Origin: Alphaproteobacteria bacterium
GTDB lineage: Bacteria; Pseudomonadota; Alphaproteobacteria; MPNO01
Assembly: GCA_964291675.2 (NCBI GenBank)
Contig: OZ219866.1
Coordinates: forward strand, 2,080,001-2,144,000
DNA length: 64,000 bases
Direction of reading: 5' to 3'
In this document: positions 44,563 to 54,550 of the stretch, piece by piece
How positions within the stretch are numbered: the first letter of the stretch is position 1
Layout of the letters: every line of letters begins with the position of its first letter
Translations under genes and position numbers: made by a program
The notes under the pieces: model-generated
Told to the model about the DNA's origin: nothing
What the model saw: only the letters and a program-made list of their open reading frames with translations
Database searches by the model: none

Positions 44563-45489
44563 CTAACCGGCCACGCGTACCGTACGAAGGCACTCGTCGT
44601 CAAAATTCGTAAACTCGTCGCTCTCCGACGAGGCATTGCGGTAGAGGGTCTCCATCGGGATGGAGTCCGCTTCGTGCTTCGGGCGTGAGAGATAAAACTG
44701 GGCGTGGGAGTAGCCCTTCGCCTCCTTGCCCGAAGTATCGAAGCCCTTGCTCTCCAGTCGTTCGAGAAACGCCGCTTGCTCCTCCGACGAGGCGAAGCGG
44801 CGCTGCTTGAACGTGCTTCCTTCCACCCTCTCGGTGACATAGCCGGACTCGGCGAGCAGACCTGCGATCGTCTCGAAGGGAAACGTCCGCAGCGCAAAGT
44901 TGGCGAACCATGGCAGCTCATCCTGAATGACCGCGGGCAAGAGGCGCCGGAACGTGGTTTCGGTCACGTAGCCGACGCAGCCGGTGGATATAATCAGGTC
45001 CACCGATTGCAGGTCCGCCGCATTCTCTGCGGGCAACGCCTCGGACTCGAGGTCCAGCGCCAGGCCCCCGTCCAGAAGGCCGACATCCTCGGCATAGGCC
45101 ACCGCGTTTTCCGCAGCGTCCAGCCCCAGCACCCGGATGTCAGCCTGCTGCTCCGCACACGAGAAAAAGCGCGTGTCGTAGGCAAGGACCTCTTCCGACG
45201 AAGCATCTTCCAGTTGCTTCTGGCCCCAATGGGCATACAGCTCCGTCATCGACATGTCATGCTTCAGAAGCGCGGCGTTGACACCATAGGAGCAGCCGAC
45301 ATCGAGGATATCGATGGCTTTGTCTCGGCTCTCCTGCAAGTGGGAAACCAATTCCTGAAAGAGATATTTGGCGACTCCCGGAAGGATGTAATCCAGCCCT
45401 TCCAGCTTACGCAAATACGCGCGTGGATCAGGCTCGTCGTAGATCTGATCCATCGAAACTTTGCCTTTGAAGGTGTGGCTCGATTGCAT
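44563..45489 (-). CDS. Class I SAM-dependent methyltransferase-like protein
   Basis: ILDVGCSYGVN motif I, VLGLD, STGCVGYV; ATG after AAGGAG. Its stop codon lies in the IS flank. Confidence 0.75.
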   Translation of the reverse strand: MQSSHTFKGKVSMDQIYDEPDPRAYLRKLEGLDYILPGVAKYLFQELVSHLQESRDKAIDILDVGCSYGVNAALLKHDMSMTELYAHWGQKQLEDASSEEVLAYDTRFFSCAEQQADIRVLGLDAAENAVAYAEDVGLLDGGLALDLESEALPAENAADLQSVDLIISTGCVGYVTETTFRRLLPAVIQDELPWFANFALRTFPFETIAGLLAESGYVTERVEGSTFKQRRFASSEEQAAFLERLESKGFDTSGKEAKGYSHAQFYLSRPKHEADSIPMETLYRNASSESDEFTNFDDECLRTVRVAG

Positions 45490-45626
45490 TTGGTTTCGCC
45501 TGTCTCCTTTCCGGCTCCGCTCCGGCCGCCATAGCAACGACGGCCAGCAGTGCATTTGCATTCAGGATGGTTGAGAGCGTTCGGTGCCGAAGCGTTCGGC
45601 TCTTGGGATTCCCTCGATCGACGCGG

Positions 45627-47126
45627 CTACGCTGCTATGCGTTCGGCACTCCAGGTGCCGGCATTGTCGAAAATGAGACGGGGATCCTTGTACCGCTCAC
45701 GAATTACTCTTTCGTACAGCTCTCCTTCGCGCGCTCGATCGACCGGCCTGGGTGAGCCGGTAATCTCCGCCAGCACCTGCTCAAGCGCATGGACAGTACC
45801 GCTGCCTTCGTCGAACTGCGCCTTCTTGCGCCAGACCACCTCCGCAGGCAGCAACTCTTCGCAGGCCTTGCGAAGCACCCATTTCTCCGTTGTGTCGCGC
45901 GTGCCCTCGTCGACGACTTTCATCTTGAGAGATGCCGGGATCGATTGAGCGAACTCGATGAGATCGCGATCGAGAAACGGCGTTCTCGCCTCCAGCCCCT
46001 GGGCCATGGTGATACGGTCGACACGTTGAAGGTTGATGTTGTGCATGGCGCCAAGCGAACGTGTGATCTCGTCGGCGAGGGCACGCGGACGTCCGGCATA
46101 GTCGTGGTGGTAGCGATAGCCGGCGAAGAGCTCGTCCGCCCCCTCGCCCGTCAGCACCGCCTTGACGTGTCGCCGCGCAAGCGTGGTGGCGAAGTGGGTC
46201 GGCAGCGCGCTCCGCACGACGTCCACATCCGCGCTCTCCAGATGGTAGACCACATGCGACAAGGCGCCGGCCACATCGCCGGCGTCGAAGACGAGCTCGT
46301 GGTGGTCGGAGCCGATATGGTCGGCGACGAGCCGTGCCGCTTCCAGATCCGGGCTGCCGGACATGCCGACCGAGAAGGTCTTCAGAGGACGGCTGGTGGC
46401 GCCCGATGCGAGCGCAGCGATGATCGACGAATCCAGCCCGCCGGAGAGAAAGCAGCCAACCTCCACGTCGGCGACCATCCATTTTCGGACTGCGGCTTCG
46501 AGCACGATCCGCAGCTCCCGCCATATCGGTTCCGGGTCTTCGTCGGGCAGCGTTTCGGCCGCCCCCTGGGGCATGCGGTGCCATGCCCGGTGCCCGGCGA
46601 CGCTGTCGTACATGACGCCCGGGGCGATTTCTTCGACACCGCTCACGGCGATATCGTCGAAGGCCTTCAACTCCGACGCGAAGACGGTCGCTTCGCCGAG
46701 GCGGGCCTTGTACAGAGGCTTGATGCCGAGCGGATCGCGGGCGGCGATGACGCGTTGTGGGGTGGCGAGAACGAACGCGAACATGCCGTCCAGCCTGGCG
46801 ATCCAGCGCGGCTCGTCGGACTGGAAGAGATGCAGGATCGTCTCGCTGTCGCTATCCGTCTCGAACGCGCCTTCGCCAAGAATCGCGCGCAGATCGGCGT
46901 GGTTGTAGATCTCGCCATTGGCAACGAGAGCATCGTCGTCGCTGTAGATCGGCTGAGTGCCGCTGTCGGGGCCGATGATCGCGAGGCGGCAGTGAGCCAT
47001 CACTGCAGGCACATTGGGGGCGCGCCTGACTTCCAACCCGTCAGGCCCGCGGTGCCCGATCTTCTCGATCATTCGTCGAGCCAGCGCCGGATCGTCAAGC
47101 TGCCACAGGCACACGAGTCCGCACAT
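45627..47126 (-). CDS. Asparagine synthase-like glutamine amidotransferase (AsnB family)
   Basis: N-terminal MCG, HRGPD, RLAI, NGEIYNH, LSGGLDSS, TGEGADELFAGY, EARTPFLD. Confidence 0.92.
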   Translation of the reverse strand: MCGLVCLWQLDDPALARRMIEKIGHRGPDGLEVRRAPNVPAVMAHCRLAIIGPDSGTQPIYSDDDALVANGEIYNHADLRAILGEGAFETDSDSETILHLFQSDEPRWIARLDGMFAFVLATPQRVIAARDPLGIKPLYKARLGEATVFASELKAFDDIAVSGVEEIAPGVMYDSVAGHRAWHRMPQGAAETLPDEDPEPIWRELRIVLEAAVRKWMVADVEVGCFLSGGLDSSIIAALASGATSRPLKTFSVGMSGSPDLEAARLVADHIGSDHHELVFDAGDVAGALSHVVYHLESADVDVVRSALPTHFATTLARRHVKAVLTGEGADELFAGYRYHHDYAGRPRALADEITRSLGAMHNINLQRVDRITMAQGLEARTPFLDRDLIEFAQSIPASLKMKVVDEGTRDTTEKWVLRKACEELLPAEVVWRKKAQFDEGSGTVHALEQVLAEITGSPRPVDRAREGELYERVIRERYKDPRLIFDNAGTWSAERIAA

Positions 47127-47439
47127 CGATACACCTCTTCACTTGCTGCCGTCTGCACGGCGCACGCCTTTCATGCTTGGAATAAAAGAAAACCGACCTG
47201 CGGAAAAATATTTTGTTTTGTCTACTCCCAGACCGGCGGTTCGCATGTTACACGGTGCGTGGCGACTTGTCAAATCGTGCATAATATGGCGAATCTTAAC
47301 TCGTTCTATTCGCGACAAGTCGATTGTATCGCCTGATTTTGTGCGCGCAGGGGGATCGGTTCGGCGCCTTCACGGTGCCGGGATTTGAGATTGTCGATAT
47401 CCGGGTTCGGGATTGAAGGGTTTCGGCCTCCTGGGGCAC

Positions 47440-47996
47440 GCCGCCCCGGCGCTCAGGGTCCCGAGGCCGCGAGCCGCCCGGCCAGCATGCGGAACAGGGC
47501 GTCGTCGGGGCAGGCCGATGCGAAGTGGATGCAAACGCGCGCGGCCTTCTCGACGACGCGCGCCCCGCCCCCGGATCGGGTCCGGGGCAGGTTCTTGACC
47601 AGTTTCTGTCTGAGGGTGGCGAACTCGGCCCAGTGGAACGGCATCCTGCGCGGCACGGCGTCGCGGAGCGCGAGCATCGGCCAGCAGGCGGCGGTGTGCA
47701 GGACCAGCCGGCTCGTGGTCGGCTGCGAACAGAGATCGCGGCCGCTCTCCGGCGCCCGGCCGACCGCCAGCTTGAACAGCCGATCGCCGCGCCGGCAGCG
47801 TGTGAACCGTCCGCGCCGGATCGCGCCACCCCCGGATGCGGCCGGCCAGCGTCCCGGACAGCCCGAGCCGGCGCTCCGCCGCGCGCAGCAGCACCAGACC
47901 GCCGTCCGACGAGATCGACCCGCCCGCGAAATCGGCGGTCGCCTTCTTGCGTTGTACGGCTGGAAGATCGAACGGGAGAAGACTGTCTTCGGTCAT
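47440..47996 (-). pseudogene. Internally deleted and frameshifted IS1380-family transposase remnant
   Basis: N-terminus MTEDSLLPFDLPAV...DFAGGSISSDGGLVLLRAAERRLG and, in another frame, C-terminus WAEFATLRQKLVK...GARVVE; most of the middle is missing. Confidence 0.8.
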
Positions 47997-48279
47997 GGCG
48001 CGCGTGCCGCTTTCGTGGCCTCGGCAGACATGCGCTGGACAACGAGCTTCTGCCCGATTCCAACGACTTGGGCCGGCGGAGGTGCTGCTCGACGAAAGTC
48101 ACCTTTGCGGCCACGAATGCGCCGCCGGACACCTAACGATGTGGGAACGCTGCCGAACATGCATGCCGCAACTACCATCGGCTCCGCCGTATGGAAGCCG
48201 GATTCGTGCTTTCCCTGGCGAAACAGCGTGCACGGCCGGCCCACCGGATAGCGGGTCGGACGAAGACCGTCTGCACGCC

Positions 48280-48294
48280 TTAACAATTCTTTAC
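48280..48294. promoter_or_regulatory. Possible OmpR/CpxR-type direct-repeat box upstream of the ICMT-TCS module
   Basis: Reverse complement GTAAA-GAATT-GTTAA resembles GTAAA-N5-GTAAA. Confidence 0.35.
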
Positions 48295-48439
48295 CTGCCG
48301 GAAATACGCCGGAAATCGCGCGCTCCCAGGCTGCGCTTCGTTCGGAAGGCTTGCGGTGTGTACGAAATTGCACAGTTGGGTCCGTTCCGAGGATCGGACG
48401 CTTCCGGACACGTTTCCATCTCCCAGAAGGTAAGGCTCC

Positions 48440-49582
48440 GTGAACGACACCAGACGATCGGACAGCAACGCTGCCAACGCGCGCCGCGCCCTCGCCGTTT
48501 CCGGCGCGTTCTACATCCTGATTGCGTTCGAGTTCCTGTACATGGCCTCCCCGTTCGCGGCGTATTTCTACGGCGTCTACGGTCTCGGGCTCGACTGGCT
48601 GCAGGGCTCCCGGACGACCGCCTGGTTGATTCAGTTCTTCATGCCGCATCTGGTCGAGGAAACGACCTCGTTCGCAATCGACATTCACGAAAGCGTCGGC
48701 CAGTTCCTGTTTCTCGGCGGTCTGGCAGCCTTCGCGGTCGGCGCGATCCAGATATATTCCGCCAAGCTCAGAGGCAGGGGCGCGGTCACCGGCGGTCTCT
48801 ACCGCCACATCCGGCATCCCCAGTATCTCGCACTGATCGTCGCCAGCATCGGCATGCTGCTGCTCTGGCCGCGCTATCTGGTCGTCGTGGCCACGGTGAC
48901 CGTGATTTTCGTCTACATCGCGCTGGCGCGGGCCGAAGAGAGCGTTTGCCTGCGCCGCTTCCCCGGATATTCCAGCTATCTGAAGAGCACGGGCATGTTT
49001 CTACCGGCGGCGGTCAGCCCGAAATTCAGGCTGCCGGTCGGGGATAGCGCGGCGGCGCGGTTGGCGGTCTGGGCGCTGGCCTATGCGGCATCGCTGGGCG
49101 TCGCGCTTCTGGTCGCGCTCGGCATCCGGGCCCATGCAATGGATTCGTTCCATGTCCTCACGGAACGGGACGGCGTTTATCTCTCCGTCGTCGCGATTCC
49201 ACAGCGGGAGCTTTCCGAAGTGGCGCGGATCGCGCGCGCGGCGCCGGAAGTCCAGGCGGCGGTCGCGGGAAAGACGCACCTGATCGCCTACGTCCTGCCG
49301 ACCGGTATGTATGTCTCTGAAATCCCGATGCATTTGCCGCCCGGCGCGGGCTATTCCCATCGCGTTCCGGCCGACCGCAATCCCGCCCGCTACAAGGTCG
49401 TCTTCACCCAGGCGGTCTTCAGCCGCGGAGACCCGCCGGACCCGGATGGCATCCTGTGGAACGCCGTCCACAAGACCGCGCTGTGGGAGGTCCATGTCGA
49501 CCTGGGCGCCGGGCAGGTCATCGCCAGCTACCCGCCGCCGGAGAAGCCGTTTTACGGCGACCGGCAGGTACCGCTTTTCTGA
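48440..49582 (+). CDS. ICMT/PEMT-family membrane methyltransferase with a C-terminal extension
   Basis: GLYRHIRHPQY, EE motif (AEESVC), Y..Y...TGMFLP; extra domain of about 160 aa. Confidence 0.75.
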   Translation: MNDTRRSDSNAANARRALAVSGAFYILIAFEFLYMASPFAAYFYGVYGLGLDWLQGSRTTAWLIQFFMPHLVEETTSFAIDIHESVGQFLFLGGLAAFAVGAIQIYSAKLRGRGAVTGGLYRHIRHPQYLALIVASIGMLLLWPRYLVVVATVTVIFVYIALARAEESVCLRRFPGYSSYLKSTGMFLPAAVSPKFRLPVGDSAAARLAVWALAYAASLGVALLVALGIRAHAMDSFHVLTERDGVYLSVVAIPQRELSEVARIARAAPEVQAAVAGKTHLIAYVLPTGMYVSEIPMHLPPGAGYSHRVPADRNPARYKVVFTQAVFSRGDPPDPDGILWNAVHKTALWEVHVDLGAGQVIASYPPPEKPFYGDRQVPLF

Positions 49583-49591
49583 GGACGCACC

Positions 49592-50053
49592 ATGCGCATC
49601 AATCCGCCGACCCTGTTCTGGATCCTGATCTCCGCCGGCCTCGCCGCGGACCGGTTCCTGCCCCTGATGCGCTTCGACGATCCATGGCTTCCGTGGGCCG
49701 GAGGGGCGCTGGTTATCCTGGGCGCGGGCATTTCCGCGGCCGGAAAGCGCCTGTTCCGGCGTGTCGGCACCAACGTCTACACCTTCGAACAGCCGGATCT
49801 GCTTGTCACCGAAGGCATTTGCGGCTTTACCCGGAATCCGATGTATCTGGGCATGATCCTGATCGCAGCGGGCGCCGCGCTGGTCTCGGGAACGCTTTCG
49901 GCCTGTCTGCTGGGCGCGGCCTTCGCTCTTGCCGTCCGGTATTGGTACATCGCTTACGAAGAGGCGGAAATGCGCCGTCGGTTCGGCGACCGGTACGAAG
50001 AATACCGCCGGTGCGTCGGGCGCTGGTTCGGACGGTTCCGGCGCGCCGCATGA
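49592..50053 (+). CDS. ICMT/PEMT-family membrane methyltransferase
   Basis: LVTEG...FTRNPMYLG, YEEAEMRRRFGDRYEEYRRCVGRW. Confidence 0.88.
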   Translation: MRINPPTLFWILISAGLAADRFLPLMRFDDPWLPWAGGALVILGAGISAAGKRLFRRVGTNVYTFEQPDLLVTEGICGFTRNPMYLGMILIAAGAALVSGTLSACLLGAAFALAVRYWYIAYEEAEMRRRFGDRYEEYRRCVGRWFGRFRRAA

Positions 50054-50176
50054 GCGGCTCCGCGCCTTGCAAGCCGGGCCTTGGAGGTAACCGGTCGACG
50101 GGGCTCTTTCTCGGCCTGAACGCGGTTTGCCGAGCTGCGATTCCTTCCTCCGGTCTCCCGTGCTAGTGCTTCCGGC

Positions 50177-50896
50177 ATGGCCCGTCTGTTGATGATCGAA
50201 GACGACCGCGCGCTCGCCGGCCTCGTTCGGGACTATCTCGGCCGCGCCGGGTTGACGCTGGAACACCGCCCCGACGCCCAAACGGGCCTCGCGGCCGCCA
50301 TCCGCGGCGGACATGACGCGATTTTGCTCGACCTGATGCTGCCTGACGGCGACGGACTCGAACTCTGCCGAGCGATCCGTGCCCGCTCCGACGTGCCGAT
50401 CCTGATGCTGACCGCGCGCGGCGAGGACGCGGACCGCATCGTCGGCCTGGAAATCGGCGCCGACGATTACCTGCCCAAACCGTTCAATCCGCGAGAACTG
50501 CTGGCCCGGTTGCGGGCCGTCCTGAGGCGCAGGGCCGGCGGGAACGGGGCAGCATCCGGCGAGGTGTTGCGCTTCGGCAGGCTTACGATCGACCGTGCGG
50601 CACGCCGGGTGCTGGTTGACAGCGAAGAGCGCGTGCTCACCGGACACCAGTTCGACCTCCTGTACGCGCTGGCCGAAAACGCGGGCCGGGTTCTCACGCG
50701 CGAGCAGCTCATGGACCGGGTGCGCGGCCAGGCCCTGGAGGCCTACGACCGAAGCATCGACGTGCACATATCGAGGATCAGGGCCGCGATCGAGGACGAT
50801 CCGGGCAGGCCGCGCCGCATCGTGACCCTGCGGGGTGCAGGCTATCTCTTTACCCGTAACCAAGACCCGGGCGGGCCCGAAGACCGCGGACCGTGA
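50177..50896 (+). CDS. OmpR-family response regulator
   Basis: IEDD, LLDLMLP, GADDYLPKPF, RSIDVHISRIR, TLRGAGY. Confidence 0.95.
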   Translation: MARLLMIEDDRALAGLVRDYLGRAGLTLEHRPDAQTGLAAAIRGGHDAILLDLMLPDGDGLELCRAIRARSDVPILMLTARGEDADRIVGLEIGADDYLPKPFNPRELLARLRAVLRRRAGGNGAASGEVLRFGRLTIDRAARRVLVDSEERVLTGHQFDLLYALAENAGRVLTREQLMDRVRGQALEAYDRSIDVHISRIRAAIEDDPGRPRRIVTLRGAGYLFTRNQDPGGPEDRGP

Positions 50897-52209
50897 GACG
50901 GCGCCTCTTCCTCCAGGCCTATCTCGCTCTGCTCGGCATCGTTGTCCTGTTCGCGGCGCTTGGCGCCGTTGCATGGTGGCTCACCCACGACGAACCGCCG
51001 GGCGCGGAGTTGCGCCGGAGCGTCGCCGCCCTGCTGGGGGAAGCCCTGCCGCCGCTCGGGGCGCCCCGTGCGCGAACCGATGCGGCCCTGGCCCGTCTGG
51101 GCCGGAATGTCGATGGCCGGATTACGGTCTTCGGGTCGGAGGGCCGGCTGCTCGGCAGTCTCGGAGCACCCCTGCCGGCGCCCGCACGGATGGCGTCGGA
51201 TGGGCGCACGCGGTGGAGCGGGATATTCTCCTTCCGCCTGCCGGATGGACGCACCGTCCGGTTCCTCCCGAACCGCCAGCCCGGCCATACGCCGACCGTC
51301 GGTTTCCTGGCCGCCGTTGTTCTGCTTGCGCTGGCCGTCGCCATCGCCGCCTATCCGCTGGCTCGCAGTCTGACCGGCCGGCTCGAACGTTTGCAGATGC
51401 AGGTCGAAGCGCTCGGCGCCGGCGACCTTGCGGCCCGGATCGAGATCGAGGGAACGGACGAGGTTGCTGCCCTCGCGCGCAGCTTCAACCGAACGGCCGA
51501 CCGCATCGAAGCCCTCGTCGAGGCCCAGCGAGACACTTTGGCGGCGGCATCCCACGAACTGCGCTCGCCGCTGGCGCGCATTCGCGTGGCGGTCGAAATG
51601 CTCGCCGAAAACGGAACCCCCGCACTGCAAGCGCGCGTCGAGCGCGACATCGCCGAGTTGGACGACCTGATCGAAGAGATCCTGCTGGCCAGCCGGCTTG
51701 CCAGCCTCGAGCGGCCCGAGCGAACGGAACGGGTCGATCTTCAGGCCCTCGCAGCAGAAGAGGCCGCCCGCGCCGGTGCCGAGTTTGTCGGGGAGCCGGC
51801 AGCGGTGGAGGGCGAGGGCCGGCTGCTTGCCCGCATGATCCGCAACTTGCTCGACAATGCAGCCCAGCACGCCGCGGGCAGCCCGATCCTGGTGGAACTG
51901 GAGCAGAGCGACGGGCGCGCAATTCTGAGAGTTTCGGATCGGGGCCCGGGAATTCCGGAGGCGGAGAGGGAACGAATTTTCGAGCCGTTTTACCGGCGAC
52001 GGTCAAGACGCCCGGCCGGGCCCAGCTCAGGCGACAGGCCGAGTGCAGAAAGGGGCGCCGGGCTGGGGCTCAGCCTTGTGCGCCGGATCGCCCGGCGTCA
52101 CGGTGGCGAGGCCGTATGCCTGCCTCGCCCGGGCGGCGGTGCATGCTTCGAAGTATGCCTTGCGACGGCACCGACATTGGTGGCGGTGAGCTCGCGTTCC
52201 TCCGGTTGA
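50893..52209 (+). CDS. HAMP-domain sensor histidine kinase
   Basis: Two TM segments, HAMP, SHELRSPL, NLLDNA, DRGPG, GAGLGL. Confidence 0.93.
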   Translation: MRRRLFLQAYLALLGIVVLFAALGAVAWWLTHDEPPGAELRRSVAALLGEALPPLGAPRARTDAALARLGRNVDGRITVFGSEGRLLGSLGAPLPAPARMASDGRTRWSGIFSFRLPDGRTVRFLPNRQPGHTPTVGFLAAVVLLALAVAIAAYPLARSLTGRLERLQMQVEALGAGDLAARIEIEGTDEVAALARSFNRTADRIEALVEAQRDTLAAASHELRSPLARIRVAVEMLAENGTPALQARVERDIAELDDLIEEILLASRLASLERPERTERVDLQALAAEEAARAGAEFVGEPAAVEGEGRLLARMIRNLLDNAAQHAAGSPILVELEQSDGRAILRVSDRGPGIPEAERERIFEPFYRRRSRRPAGPSSGDRPSAERGAGLGLSLVRRIARRHGGEAVCLPRPGGGACFEVCLATAPTLVAVSSRSSG

Positions 52210-52367
52210 CGCGTGCCTGCCTGGAGTTTCGGCGTACGGTTTGCGTGCCGACCCCGCCAGCGCGAACGAGACCGCCGCGGTCATCGGACCGATGAACACG
52301 CCTTGTTCCATTTGATTGTCGTCTCCTGGCGAGAGTGGTCCTGGCTTGTTTCAGAATCGCCGATCGG

Positions 52368-52794
52368 TGTTAACGGCGGCGGAATGATGCTCCACGCGAG
52401 GCGTCCGGGCGGTCCGGTCGCGGCGGCGCAAGAATGCGCCACTCATGGCCTCTTGTCGGTTGTGGCGAGGGGCGGGGATTTGCGGCGTGGAGCTCCATGC
52501 GGCGGTTCGGGATCGACCGTCGGACGGTGAAGAAGATGCTGAGCTATTCGGCGCCGCCGGGCTATCGCCGGTCCAGGCCGGTCAGGCGTCCGAAGCCGGA
52601 GGGTTTCACCGGCATCGTCGACGCGATCCTGGAGGCGGACAGGGCCCCGGAGGTTCCGCGCAAGCAGCGGCACACGGCGCATCGGATCTTCGAGCGGCTG
52701 CGGGACGAGCACGGGTTCGCGGGCGGCTACACGATCGTCAAGGACTGCGTCCGGTCGCAGCGGCAGTCTGTGCGCGAGGTGTCAATGGCGGCGC
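52368..52794 (+). pseudogene. IS21-family relic: left end plus truncated istA
   Basis: End TGTTAACGGCGGCG at 52368; IstA N-terminus FGIDRRTVKKML...PRKQRHTAHRIFERLRDEHGFAGGYTIVKD; cut at a second TGTCAATGGCGGCG (52780). Confidence 0.8.
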
Positions 52795-53050
52795 ACGCGA
52801 AACCGCGCGGCGCGTCAGCGACCGCATCGCCGCCCTCCCGCAGGAGCAACCGTTCTTCGGCAGCCTCGCGCTCCGCCTGCCGATCCGCCCCGACCCCTCT
52901 GAGCGACACGGGCAGCTTCGCCTGAGCTGCGCAAGGGCTGCGCCCGGCCGCCGCCGAGGCCCGCGATCGAAAACGAAGACTCCCGAATCGCCCGGCCCCC
53001 AAGACGGGGTAAGGTCGCGCACGCGCATGCGACTTCCAGGGGAGACTCGA

Positions 53051-54550
53051 ATGCGGACGCTCATTCGCGGCGGTTGGGTGGTCGGGTATTCCGGTGCCAC
53101 GCATACGCTGATCCGTGACGGGGTGGTGGTCTACGAGGACGACACGATCGTCCATGTCGGCGCCGGCTATGACGGCCATTTCGACCGCGAGATCGACGCC
53201 GCGTCCAGGCTGGTCTCGCCCGGCTTCATCGACACGCACATCCATTCCGGCCACCGCGCCGCCCACCGGCTGATCACCGATGCCGGGCGGCCCGAGTATT
53301 TCGGCCAGCCCTTTTTCGAGACCCTGCCGTCTCGCCGCGGCCGCCCGCATGGCGGCGATGCCGGCGACTGGGTCAAGCGGGCGGACGAGGACGAGGCGGC
53401 CGCCCGGCGGCGCATCGACGCGGCGACCTATACGATCGCCGAGCTGCTGCGCAACGGCACCACGACCTTCATGGATTTCGGCGCGCAGCTGCCGATGCAG
53501 CAGGCGCTGCTCGGCGAAGCGGAGCGGCTCGGCATCCGCGCCTATCTGGCGCCGTCCTACGCCTCGGCCGACTGGGTGGGCGGCGACGACGGCCGCCTGG
53601 TGCGCGACTGGGACGAGGAGAAGGGGCGGCGCGGGCTGCGGGCGGCGATCGACTTCATCGGCGAGCACGACGGCGCGGCCAACGGGCGCATCCGCGGAAT
53701 CCTGATCCCCTTCACCACCGAGCTGATGTCGCTCGAGCTGCTGCGCGAGACCCGCAAGGCGGCGGACTCGCTCGGCGTGCCGGTCTCGATCCACGCGGCG
53801 TATAACGTGGTCGAGTTCTTCCAGATCGTGACCGAGCACGGCATGACGCCGATCGAGCTGCTGGATTCGGTCGGGCTCTGCGCCTCCGACGTGCTGATCG
53901 GGCACGGCAATTTCGTCGCCGAGAACCCGCGCATGAACCACCCGGCCGGGCGCGACCTCGAGCTGATGGCCAAGGGCGGGGCCACGGTGTCGCACTGCCC
54001 GATCAACCTCGCCCGGCGCGGCCGCTGCCTCGATAGCTGGGCGAGCTACAGGAAGGCCGGCGTCAACGTCGCGCTCGGCAGCGACACCTTTCCGCGCGAC
54101 ATGATCATGAACATGCGCTGCGCCTCGCTGGTCGGCAAGATCGTGAGCGGCAGCTTCCTCGAGGCGACGGCGGCCCAGATGTTCGAGGCCGCCACGCTCG
54201 CCGCCACAAGGGTGCTCGGCCGCGACGATCTCGGCCGGCTCGCGCCGGGCGCCAAGGCCGATATCGCGATCATCGACATCTCCGGCCGCGGCACGCTGCG
54301 CTACGGCCCGGTGCGCGACCCGATCAAGAGCCTGGTCGATGTGGGCGTCGGCGACGACGTCGACACCGTCATCGTCGACGGGATCACCCGCGTCGAGGGC
54401 GGCGAGGTCGCCGGCGTCGACATGGCGGCAATCCACCGGTTCGGCCAGGAGGACGCCGAACGGCTGTGGGGCGGGTGGCGGCGCTGGGACGTCGCCGAAC
54501 GGACCGCCGAGGAGGCGAGCCCGTGGTCGTTCCCGCTCGCCGGCCGATGA
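53051..54550 (+). CDS. Metal-dependent amidohydrolase (SsnA/AtzA/TrzA-like)
   Basis: PGFIDTHIH, GTTT, IHAA, GHG, SHCP, LGSD, GRLAPGAKAD; ATG after GGGAG. Confidence 0.9.
   Translation: MRTLIRGGWVVGYSGATHTLIRDGVVVYEDDTIVHVGAGYDGHFDREIDAASRLVSPGFIDTHIHSGHRAAHRLITDAGRPEYFGQPFFETLPSRRGRPHGGDAGDWVKRADEDEAAARRRIDAATYTIAELLRNGTTTFMDFGAQLPMQQALLGEAERLGIRAYLAPSYASADWVGGDDGRLVRDWDEEKGRRGLRAAIDFIGEHDGAANGRIRGILIPFTTELMSLELLRETRKAADSLGVPVSIHAAYNVVEFFQIVTEHGMTPIELLDSVGLCASDVLIGHGNFVAENPRMNHPAGRDLELMAKGGATVSHCPINLARRGRCLDSWASYRKAGVNVALGSDTFPRDMIMNMRCASLVGKIVSGSFLEATAAQMFEAATLAATRVLGRDDLGRLAPGAKADIAIIDISGRGTLRYGPVRDPIKSLVDVGVGDDVDTVIVDGITRVEGGEVAGVDMAAIHRFGQEDAERLWGGWRRWDVAERTAEEASPWSFPLAGR

Noticed and set aside
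52445-53050. 701-aa ORF as a transposase-amidohydrolase fusion
   Set aside because: The extension is an off-frame read through the IS21 relic; the amidohydrolase has its own RBS and ATG at 53051.
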